A stretch of DNA of 64,000 nt from assembly GCA_016699425.1 (NCBI GenBank), contig CP064975.1:1056942-1120941 (forward strand). Reading direction: 5' to 3'. Shown piece after piece: positions 56,490 to 64,000 of the stretch; within the stretch, counting starts at the first letter, position 1; each line of letters begins with the position of its first letter. This DNA comes from Candidatus Moraniibacteriota bacterium. Its GTDB lineage: Bacteria > Patescibacteriota > Minisyncoccia > Moranbacterales > UBA1568. The position numbers and the translations under genes were made by a program. The notes beneath the pieces are model-generated. The model was not told where the DNA came from and ran no database searches. It saw only the letters and a list, made by a program, of their open reading frames with translations.

Positions 56490-59038
56490 GCAGTGGCTGC
56501 TTCTGTGGAGCGCTGAGCCTTCTTAGCTTGCGGACTCACGGGCATGGGTTCGTACACCAGGTACCACTTTTTCGTCTGAGTATCCCTGAAGTAGCGCGTC
56601 AGGACGAATCCTTCATTGCAGCGAGCAAAGGAGTGTTCCTGGGGATTGGAGACGACTTCGACTTTCGCAGAGCCGATTTTCCCCAGTGGAGCCAGCTTCA
56701 CGATCTCTTCTTGAGTCATCGCTTTGGTCTTGAAATACTGCTCATTCCGTCGATCATCCCGGACGATGTCGAGGATGAGGTCACCTTTATCGTCCCACGA
56801 ACGCACCCCGACAAAGCCGTTTTCGATGTAGCGGGCACTCACCGACTTCTCTGCGACGCAGTCAGCACCGAGGATATTCTCTCGCGCCTCTCGCTTGAAC
56901 GCCTCATCGATCATCGCCTCACCGATGTACGCTTTCTGAAAGCGAGGATCGAGGGTGACGGCGGAGATATATTTTTGACCGGGCTGGTCCTCAGTAAAGC
57001 ACAGGGAGCCAACGATCTCGCCTTTGTGTCGGAGGAGGGAAAAGGTGCTTTGCTCATCTTGAATGTGATTGTCAAATTCCGTAAGTAGTCTCTCCCGGGT
57101 CTCGGTTGGGTAGCCTGTCATGCTGTCGGCGTAGAGGGAGCGCATGTGGGCTGCTTCGAGAGGAGAGAGCTTGCGGCCGGAAACGGTAGGACACTCGGAA
57201 CTCTGAAAATCTTCTAGTGAAACTTTTGTTCCTTCTTCTTTCAAAGATTTAAAAGTATTGAGGAGTAGTGTCTGAGACAAGTCAGCAGCAGAACACTCCT
57301 GTTCCACATTACGAGCAACTTTGACTCGCTCTCGTTCATAACTTGGTATCGGTAATCTGTGGTTTATGCCCATACTAGCCATACCAGTATCAGCAAAACC
57401 ATCTTCTTCTGTGTCTATATCTGCCAACATCTGAGAACCGTGTTCAATTTCTTGGATTGTTTCAAGATCTGCGATTTCGGCGTCGTACTTTAGGAGGAGA
57501 TTGTAGGCTTTCCTGATAAGCGAACCGTGAATTTTGGCAATAATCTTCTTATCGTAGTTGCCGGTGAACTCCGTGTTGAGATACATCCGGATTTGTTCAG
57601 CGTTACCGATCAATTCATAAACGTGGCGGATTAGCGGCAGGCCAATTTCACGGTGCTGGCAAACGCGTTCAATAATGTAGCTAAAATCCGGTTCGTTTTG
57701 GAAGGCCAGGTAAGAGGAGCAGATGGCCACCCGGTCATCTGGGTCATGGCGTAAAATAAACTCTTGAAATGATTCGAATCCCTGCGCATCAGTAGTGGAG
57801 AGAAAATTAAGAAAGGTAACCTGGTTCGCTGAACTGAGTTTCGCCATGGAAAAGCCAAGTTTTTCCTCGAGCGTAGATCGAATCTTTAAATCCATCAAGG
57901 AACGGTATCTGGTGATGAATGTGTCCGTGAGAATGTCTTCTGTAAGACCACTTTCCGAGAGCATTGCTCGGATTGAAGATTCTGTATAAGTTCCGTCAGC
58001 CTCTTGTTTGAATAATTCAAACATATCGTCGTTCAGATAGTCTGCTACGAACCTGTCTTGCATCAGCACTTTGACGGAATAATCATTTCCATCGGCGTCG
58101 GTACGAGAAGAAAAAGGAGGTGTATCAGCACCTCCTTTTTGTCGGTAGAGCGAATCCTCACTTAGACGTCCCTCGAAAGAAGAGAAGGGACCATGGTAGT
58201 AGTGGAAATCACCACTGTCTATTGATTCGGAAATCCGTTCGAGAACGAGTTGCTCGAAAAAAGATTTACAATCCGCTCCGATGACACCGTCAATGTACGA
58301 TGATATATGCCTCGGAAAATTATTATCACTGTACTCGAGTATGCGCCTATCAATTTCCCATCGCGGATCATCATCCCAATCGTTAATTTCTTTCGAAGAC
58401 TCGGAAATGTGAAACAAAAGATTTGTCAAAAAAATTCGATCATCGGCAGAAGCAGTCTTTGGATCAAATTGAAAATACGCATTTAACTCACGGTGGATAT
58501 CCATTTGTGATTCCGATGTAAATGTAGCGATTACTGGTTCCTCATCATACGAATCTTCATCGTCCAGTGCTGACTCGGTTTCTGATTTGTTGTTGACAAT
58601 CCACTTAATTCGCCAATAAATTTCCTGTATTAATTCGTTGAAGACCCATATTCTTCCAGAATTTTGTATTCGTGAAATGAAAGCAGCCCAGTTTTTGTCG
58701 AGGAAGGGAATTCCAAATTCAGGCAATTCGCCCGAATACCAGAACTCAGAGCTTTCTAACTCCTCGACCCTTTTCTCTATGCTGTCTATGACTTGTTCGG
58801 AGGAAAAGAGTCTCTGTTCAGTTTCTTTTTCTAATTTCAAGTCAGTATCATCCTTCCTCGTACCCTGAATAGTTTGAGGTGTTGTCTCTTCGGGAACAGG
58901 AACATTCTGATGGATTGTTTCTTTTTTCGAGAGATTGGATTCGGAGTGCATATCGATCTGACTATGAAGGCCTTTACTGCCACCTCGCTTGATCTTGTGT
59001 TCGAGCAATGTTGTTGTCAATCGCAGCAACGCGTACAA
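56486..59038 (-). CDS. giant paralogue A (up to 850 aa): divergent N-terminal region + conserved ~330-aa C-terminal module with GNAT-like signature
   Basis: The C-terminal 330 aa are ~75% identical to the C-terminus of the 1166-aa neighbour. RHKGEIVGSLCFTE...RFQKAYIGEAMIDEAF...SVSARYIENGFVGV resembles GNAT motifs A and B. Confidence 0.6.
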   Translation of the reverse strand: MYALLRLTTTLLEHKIKRGGSKGLHSQIDMHSESNLSKKETIHQNVPVPEETTPQTIQGTRKDDTDLKLEKETEQRLFSSEQVIDSIEKRVEELESSEFWYSGELPEFGIPFLDKNWAAFISRIQNSGRIWVFNELIQEIYWRIKWIVNNKSETESALDDEDSYDEEPVIATFTSESQMDIHRELNAYFQFDPKTASADDRIFLTNLLFHISESSKEINDWDDDPRWEIDRRILEYSDNNFPRHISSYIDGVIGADCKSFFEQLVLERISESIDSGDFHYYHGPFSSFEGRLSEDSLYRQKGGADTPPFSSRTDADGNDYSVKVLMQDRFVADYLNDDMFELFKQEADGTYTESSIRAMLSESGLTEDILTDTFITRYRSLMDLKIRSTLEEKLGFSMAKLSSANQVTFLNFLSTTDAQGFESFQEFILRHDPDDRVAICSSYLAFQNEPDFSYIIERVCQHREIGLPLIRHVYELIGNAEQIRMYLNTEFTGNYDKKIIAKIHGSLIRKAYNLLLKYDAEIADLETIQEIEHGSQMLADIDTEEDGFADTGMASMGINHRLPIPSYERERVKVARNVEQECSAADLSQTLLLNTFKSLKEEGTKVSLEDFQSSECPTVSGRKLSPLEAAHMRSLYADSMTGYPTETRERLLTEFDNHIQDEQSTFSLLRHKGEIVGSLCFTEDQPGQKYISAVTLDPRFQKAYIGEAMIDEAFKREARENILGADCVAEKSVSARYIENGFVGVRSWDDKGDLILDIVRDDRRNEQYFKTKAMTQEEIVKLAPLGKIGSAKVEVVSNPQEHSFARCNEGFVLTRYFRDTQTKKWYLVYEPMPVSPQAKKAQRSTEAATA

Positions 59039-59053
59039 GTTCGTATTACTTGT

Positions 59054-62000
59054 TTATGCTGCCGCATTATTGTTCGTCGGCCGCATCTCATACACCATAT
59101 ACCACTTCTTGCTCGTCGGGTCTTTGAAATACCGCGTCAGGACAAAGCCGCTGTTGCAGGGTGCGAATGAATGTTCCTTCGGGTCCTTGGCTGTCTCTAC
59201 TATCGCTGTACCGATTTTCCCCAGCGGAGCCAGCTTCACGATCTCCTCTTGAGTCATCGCTTTGGTCTTGAAGTACTCCTCATTCCGTACGTCATCGCGG
59301 ATGATATCCAGAATCAGATCGCCCTGATCATCCCAGGTACGGACGCCGATGAAACCCTGCTCGATGTAGCGGGCGCTGACGGACTTTTGTGCCACGCAGT
59401 CTGCTCCGAGGATGCTGTCGGAAGCCTCTCGTTTGAACGCCTCATCAATCATCGCCTCACCGATGTAGGCTTTCTGGAAGCGCGGATCGAGTGTCACCGC
59501 CGAGACATATTTCTGCCCTGGAGCAGTTTCGGTGAAGCAGAGGAAGCCGACAATCTCACCTTTGTGACGGAGCGTAGTGAAGCGACTCCCTTCATCGGCG
59601 AGATGAGTATCGAAGTCTTTGGCGAGCTTCTTTTGAGTCTCGGTCGGGTAGCCTGTCATGCTCTCAAGATAGAGGGAGCGCATGCGTTTCGCTTCAGCTG
59701 GTATGAGGCCGCGGCCGGCTTCGCTGGTGATCGCATTATCTCGGAAGTCCTCGAGGGTTATTTCTTCGTCATTATCTTTCAGGGTTTTGAAAGTAGCTTT
59801 GAAGAGCTCGATGTCGGCACGGATCGCGTCGAGTCCAGCTTTCAATTTTTCGATTTCTTCCTGCTCTACTTTTCGGTACTCGTTCAACCAATACCCGTCG
59901 CTGTTTTCATCGAATGATCGATCACCAACCCCGAGCCCATCGAAAGATTCCCTTTGAGAAACCAAGTTTCTGAGTACTTGATGAGATTCGGCGAGAAGAT
60001 TGTTCGCTTTACTGATCAGGGATTGTCGGACTTGTAAGGCTGTTGTTGTATCACGTGTGTCTCCGGAGAGATCGTCGAGGATTGCTTCAACGGCGTCGGA
60101 ACTTTCCACGAGCTCCGCGTATTTCTGAAAAATAGTATCAGCTACTTCGGGAAGCTGACTCCCGATGGCGAGTATTTTTTCACCCATCTCACTCCCAAAC
60201 TCCTCCAGAGCAAGGAACGCCTTGATGCGATTGGCCCGGTGTTCTCTGCCCTCAGTCTGCTTGATGAAGTGCCCAAGCTGATCAAAACCCTCCCCGAGTT
60301 TTTTTGTCTTGAGATAGGTAATGAGGGAGAAAAACTCCCGCCGTGATATTTTGTCAAAAGTGAATCCGAGGTGTTTCTGTAGGTGGATGACTGCGTCGAA
60401 ACTTAAATTGTGCACCATGTCACGGACATCCTCCTCGGTTCGCGCAGTCTCACCGTATTCCGAGTTCATGAGGACGAGGAACTGGTTCATGTCGACAGAT
60501 TCGGCATACTGTAGTGTCTGAGTCATGTCCTTGAGGCCGTTATCGACATACCCGGACAAGGCAGAAACGAATTTGGGATCATGCGAGAGCAGGGGCGCAA
60601 TGTACTCTGAGAAGGCGACTGCTTGCTCGAAGCTGTTGGGGCAATCCTTTACGAAGCTCATAATGTCGATATCGAAGGTCTCGTACATTGTTTGCAAGTA
60701 GTATTGTTGGTTTTCAGGTAACCGGTGCCAAAAAAGAAGCATAACAGCGGCAGCGTTCTGGCTAGGGGAAAAGTTCGTGTGGTCAGAGAGGGCGTGTTTC
60801 ATACTTAAGAAATCAGCAACGAGCATCTTGTCGAAGGTCTCTTCCGTAGAATCGTCGGTCCTCAGAATATCTAGGAGACGACCAGTTGGGCTGTAGAGCC
60901 CGAGGGTATTGTGCGCCAAGTGTACGGCGGAGCTATTCAGGACGTACCTCCATTCATCGGCACCGCCTTTTCCTTCTGAGTGGGCGCGGCTGAGGAGGGG
61001 AGTGATAAGGTTGTCCTTCGTGCACTGGAGTGCGGCACTAAAGCGTCCTTTTGCGCGGAACTCTACTTCAAATAAGGCTCTGAAATAGGCTTCGTCGGTA
61101 TGGGATATGAGTTCTATCGCGCGTGACCGCGTTTCCGGATCATCGAGCATAAGCGATCGTATAAGCTCGCCTTTTTCGCTTTCTGCGAGGGTTGTGGGGG
61201 ATACGTCCAAAACATCGTCGGGCGTATATGCCATGACGAGGTTGAAGGAAAAGCCGGGGTGAACAGTATGAAGAAGCTTATCAATGGACATTGATTTCCA
61301 CTTCTCCATTTTTTCAAGAATCATGGGACTGTCTGGCTCCCCTTCGTAGTTCGTCCACATCTCTCGTAAACGCCCATGAAGTTCTTCGATGAGCCCCCAA
61401 TAGGCTTCAGAGTTTTCATGCATGAGCTGAGCTGCTGCTGCTCGGGCTTTATCAGTGTCGTAGAAAGGAGCATCGTGATCTCGTAGGAGGTTTCTACAGA
61501 AACCTATATCAACAGTCTCCAGGTTTTCAACTTCGCGCCGCCGCTCGATATATGCGGCGAGGTCAATGTACTCGGTGTCGTCTCCTGTTTCGTCCAGGAG
61601 CTTCTCGATACGTTCGAGGGGCAGGTTCACGGGAGTGGAGAGTTTGTGAACGATCTCTTTGAGAGTATTGAATGGCAAGTGCTGACTTCTCAGAGTCGCC
61701 AGTCCTTCACGGAGGACATACTCCCACCCCCTTTGCTGGATGAGTTCCTTCGCGATACGTATCCCAAGTTCGTTGTAACTGCGTGTCACTATTGCATCGA
61801 GCGCGAAATGCAGCGCTTCTTCCGGATGCGTTTCGATGACACTTTGGTAATGTTTCACTACAGCCTCCTTATCGTCGATGTGTCGATGCAGATCAAATTT
61901 ATGTGGCGAATCCTCGAACGATGTTTCCAGGCAAAACAGGTGTCGAAATCGCTGGACTGCCAAAGGGAACTCACTATGGAGCGTATCCAAAAGTGGCTCA

Positions 62001-62554
62001 ACCACATGAACCGTTTGGTGATCGAGAGACCCGGTATTTTCCGGTGGCTCATGAGGCATGCAGACACGATTCAGGCTGTATGCCGCGGCATAGAACAATG
62101 TGTCGGAATAGCGGTCTTCTGGATCGTACGCTTCAAAGATAGGGCGAAGTATCGCTTCCGACTCTGTTTCGAGCCGTTTCAGATCGTCAATACTATATGC
62201 CTTGAACGAATCTTGATAGACTTCCTCTTCTGGGTCGACAAAGTCAGCACCAAAGCCCTCGGATGAGTGCGTGAGCGCTGTTTCGCTAGCTTTGTGCGGA
62301 TAGTAAAATGCAGCGTCGTTGATTTTCATATACCCGAATTTTAACATGTGTCCAACTCGAAAACCGTCACTCTGGCTAGTGGGGAGGTGGTATCGGACCT
62401 TTGCTGGACACCGCGTCGAATGGAAAGAAAAAAGCGAGAGCGGAATACCATTCCGTCTCGCCAAGAACCTGCTCCTTTCTTTGCTGCTGCCAGGCGTAGG
62501 TTTACGCCCGGCTAATAACTTCCAATGACGCCTGGAGCCTGACAAAGTCGTCAA
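59054..62554 (-). CDS. giant paralogue B (up to 1166 aa): same conserved C-terminal module, unrelated larger N-terminal region
   Basis: See above. The true start is probably internal (MLKFGYMKIND, around 62350). Confidence 0.6.
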   Translation of the reverse strand: MTTLSGSRRHWKLLAGRKPTPGSSKERSRFLARRNGIPLSLFSFHSTRCPAKVRYHLPTSQSDGFRVGHMLKFGYMKINDAAFYYPHKASETALTHSSEGFGADFVDPEEEVYQDSFKAYSIDDLKRLETESEAILRPIFEAYDPEDRYSDTLFYAAAYSLNRVCMPHEPPENTGSLDHQTVHVVEPLLDTLHSEFPLAVQRFRHLFCLETSFEDSPHKFDLHRHIDDKEAVVKHYQSVIETHPEEALHFALDAIVTRSYNELGIRIAKELIQQRGWEYVLREGLATLRSQHLPFNTLKEIVHKLSTPVNLPLERIEKLLDETGDDTEYIDLAAYIERRREVENLETVDIGFCRNLLRDHDAPFYDTDKARAAAAQLMHENSEAYWGLIEELHGRLREMWTNYEGEPDSPMILEKMEKWKSMSIDKLLHTVHPGFSFNLVMAYTPDDVLDVSPTTLAESEKGELIRSLMLDDPETRSRAIELISHTDEAYFRALFEVEFRAKGRFSAALQCTKDNLITPLLSRAHSEGKGGADEWRYVLNSSAVHLAHNTLGLYSPTGRLLDILRTDDSTEETFDKMLVADFLSMKHALSDHTNFSPSQNAAAVMLLFWHRLPENQQYYLQTMYETFDIDIMSFVKDCPNSFEQAVAFSEYIAPLLSHDPKFVSALSGYVDNGLKDMTQTLQYAESVDMNQFLVLMNSEYGETARTEEDVRDMVHNLSFDAVIHLQKHLGFTFDKISRREFFSLITYLKTKKLGEGFDQLGHFIKQTEGREHRANRIKAFLALEEFGSEMGEKILAIGSQLPEVADTIFQKYAELVESSDAVEAILDDLSGDTRDTTTALQVRQSLISKANNLLAESHQVLRNLVSQRESFDGLGVGDRSFDENSDGYWLNEYRKVEQEEIEKLKAGLDAIRADIELFKATFKTLKDNDEEITLEDFRDNAITSEAGRGLIPAEAKRMRSLYLESMTGYPTETQKKLAKDFDTHLADEGSRFTTLRHKGEIVGFLCFTETAPGQKYVSAVTLDPRFQKAYIGEAMIDEAFKREASDSILGADCVAQKSVSARYIEQGFIGVRTWDDQGDLILDIIRDDVRNEEYFKTKAMTQEEIVKLAPLGKIGTAIVETAKDPKEHSFAPCNSGFVLTRYFKDPTSKKWYMVYEMRPTNNNAAA

Positions 62555-62867
62555 GGACCCCGCTGAGTTTTTCGAACCATTTTTCCATTACCTCAGCCGA
62601 TGGGCCATTCTCCTTGTCTCGGAAATCAAAGAATTTTTTGAACCCACCATGATACTCTCCGACGAAGACAGACAGTCGGTTATTATTGAGATTGTGCTCC
62701 AGACAGCACTCTATGCTAAACCTACTGACCACATGGACAAAACTGAACCAGAACCTACTCCGTTCTTCGGTGCCGTTCAGGTTGCCCTCCTTCACTTCTT
62801 CCACAATGAGAGAGAACCCGTTTGTTTCCATAATCTTCCTCATCTCATTCGCCGTAACTGTTGCCAT
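62502..62867 (-). CDS. hypothetical protein (121 aa) upstream of giant paralogue B
   Basis: ORF only. Confidence 0.4.
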   Translation of the reverse strand: MATVTANEMRKIMETNGFSLIVEEVKEGNLNGTEERSRFWFSFVHVVSRFSIECCLEHNLNNNRLSVFVGEYHGGFKKFFDFRDKENGPSAEVMEKWFEKLSGVLDDFVRLQASLEVISRA

Positions 62868-62959
62868 GATCTTCTCCGCCCCAAGATACCGCTCGGGAAT
62901 TCGGTTGGGCAGTCTGCCCAGATTGTTAAAGAATGTTGCTACGATTTACCGGTTTCGGT

Positions 62960-63100
62960 TCTGTATCGTAACGGTGTAGTATACTCAAAAATGCTGTAAC
63001 AGTCAACAATACAAAGACAGTAAAAGTAGTAAATATACTTTACAAAAGCCATAAAGAGAGTATACTGTATGTAGTGTTGTAAAATATTGACACAGGAAAT
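62960..63100. promoter_or_regulatory. AT-rich leader/promoter of TrmB paralogue 4
   Basis: AATATTGACA and TATACT elements. AT-rich. Confidence 0.4.
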
Positions 63101-63823
63101 ATGAGGGAAAAGCAGGCTTTGCTGGATTTTGGGCTCTCGGATTCGGAGGCGGATATCTATCTCGCCTTGTTCCGTCTGGGTGGGGCGACGGCGAGCGTGG
63201 TGGCCAAGGAAGCCGGCCTGAAGCGGACCACCGTGTACCCGATTTTGAAGTCGCTCGCGGGCAAGGGCTGCGTGCAGGTGTATTTCCGCAAGCAAAAGCG
63301 GCACTACTACGCGCAAAAGCCCGACCGGCTGGCTAGTCTGTTCGAGCAGAAACTGGAACTCTTCAAGAGTATCGTCCCGCTCTTCGAATCAGTCGAGAAA
63401 AAACGCTCGCAGGCGGAAGGGCTGCGTTTCATCGAGACCAAAGAGGAGCTCCGGCAGTTCTACATGGACATCTTGGAGGATCACAAAAGCTACCGCGTCA
63501 TCGGCAATGCGTTCACTTGGCAGAATATCGACCCCGAATTTTTCGAGCAGTATCGGGAGATGCGGGCGCGGCTAAAGATCAAGACCCGACTCCTCCTGTC
63601 GGCGGATTCCAAGGCGACGAACCCGACGAGCCCGGACCTGCTCCGCGAATGCCGGTACTTGCCCGAGAGCCATGTGTTCAAGAGCACGCTGAATATCTTC
63701 AATGACAAGATCCTCGTCATTAGTCCCGAGTCGTCATCGCTCGCGGTCGTGATCGCGGTGCCGGCGATGGTGGATATTTTCCGGTCGATGTTTGAGATTC
63801 TCTGGGAGAGTGCAGTGGAATAG
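63101..63823 (+). CDS. TrmB-like wHTH transcriptional regulator (paralogue 4)
   Basis: LSDSEADIYLALFRLGGATASVVAKEAGLKRTTVYPILKSLAGKG winged helix. Confidence 0.65.
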   Translation: MREKQALLDFGLSDSEADIYLALFRLGGATASVVAKEAGLKRTTVYPILKSLAGKGCVQVYFRKQKRHYYAQKPDRLASLFEQKLELFKSIVPLFESVEKKRSQAEGLRFIETKEELRQFYMDILEDHKSYRVIGNAFTWQNIDPEFFEQYREMRARLKIKTRLLLSADSKATNPTSPDLLRECRYLPESHVFKSTLNIFNDKILVISPESSSLAVVIAVPAMVDIFRSMFEILWESAVE

Positions 63824-63935
63824 GATCGGGAGATATCGCAGTGAGGTTGCACCGAGTTTGTACGGATGGTAGACAAAGTTTGTGTGGTATGTACTCTCAC
63901 CCGCTTAATAGCAGAAACTGAGACGGCAGACTATA

Positions 63936-63987
63936 CTCTGGATATGGAAAAGAAGCCCAAACTCTGGATATGGAAAAGAAGCCCAAA
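63936..63987. repeat. perfect 26-bp tandem duplication (CTCTGGATATGGAAAAGAAGCCCAAA x2) overlapping a putative gene start
   Basis: Two identical adjacent 26-mers, each containing an ATG GAA AAG AAG CCC AAA start. The reading frame is open to the window end. Confidence 0.7.
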
Positions 63988-64000
63988 ACCCTCGTCCTCC

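Noticed and set aside
1-64000. Genome-wide UGA reassignment (genetic code 4 or 25) as the explanation for the in-frame TGAs at 31917 and 32523
   Set aside because: Many long, intact, conserved genes here have no internal TGA (nrdA, PBP1A, dnaA, pilB-like, the giant paralogues). Several also terminate at TGA (dnaN, the DUF4238 gene, the LexA-like gene). The anomaly is confined to one gene.
1-64000. CRISPR array
   Set aside because: No run of three or more regularly spaced direct repeats. All short repeats seen are two-copy families or a single tandem duplication.

Overview
Bacterial chromosomal window of intermediate GC content (lineage not assigned) that spans the replication origin. On the minus strand are rpmH, rnpA, a short yidC and jag; on the plus strand dnaA and dnaN, with DnaA-box clusters on both sides of dnaA. 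Recognisable housekeeping genes: rplS, an RluD-like pseudouridine synthase, a 2-Cys peroxiredoxin with a Cys-rich N-terminus, Fe/Mn superoxide dismutase, class Ia ribonucleotide reductase nrdA/nrdB, a class A PBP, ruvC, a YebC-family regulator, ruvB, a PilB/GspE-type ATPase, a DHH phosphoesterase and tsaE. There is also a glycan-assembly cluster (two tandem O-antigen-ligase-like proteins, two GT2 glycosyltransferases, a Wzx-like flippase) and an ATP-grasp peptide-modification cassette (three ATP-grasp ligases, a retropepsin-like protease fusion, a 7TM protein, a YdjC-like deacetylase, and a DUF1704/QEGLA-like gene broken by two in-frame TGA codons).

The first ~7 kb is accessory in character. 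A cluster of five minus-strand tRNA genes (Gly-GCC, Met/Ile2-CAT, Phe-GAA, Val-TAC, Leu-GAG) is interleaved with tRNA fragments that carry hairpin insertions, 19-bp duplications of tRNA 3' ends, and a small GIY-YIG nuclease gene. Next to tRNA-Gly is a ~4.3 kb AT-rich island bounded by 220-bp direct repeats. It encodes a DUF4238/SEC-C protein, a metallo-beta-lactamase-fold protein, a LexA/CI-like S24 repressor and a membrane protein.

Other notable content: four paralogous TrmB-like wHTH regulators, each with an AT-rich leader sharing motifs and next to lineage-specific cargo genes. Two of them bracket a pair of tandem giant paralogues (850 and 1166 aa) that share a ~330-aa conserved C-terminal module with a GNAT-like signature. 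A GC-rich ~4.4 kb segment (about 51.0-55.5 kb) next to a transposase C-terminal remnant contains only hypothetical ORFs, bracketed by two related palindromic hairpins. Several short two-copy repeat families sit at gene 3' ends. No CRISPR array or rRNA was seen. Coordinates of RNA features were indexed by hand and may be off by 1-2 nt.
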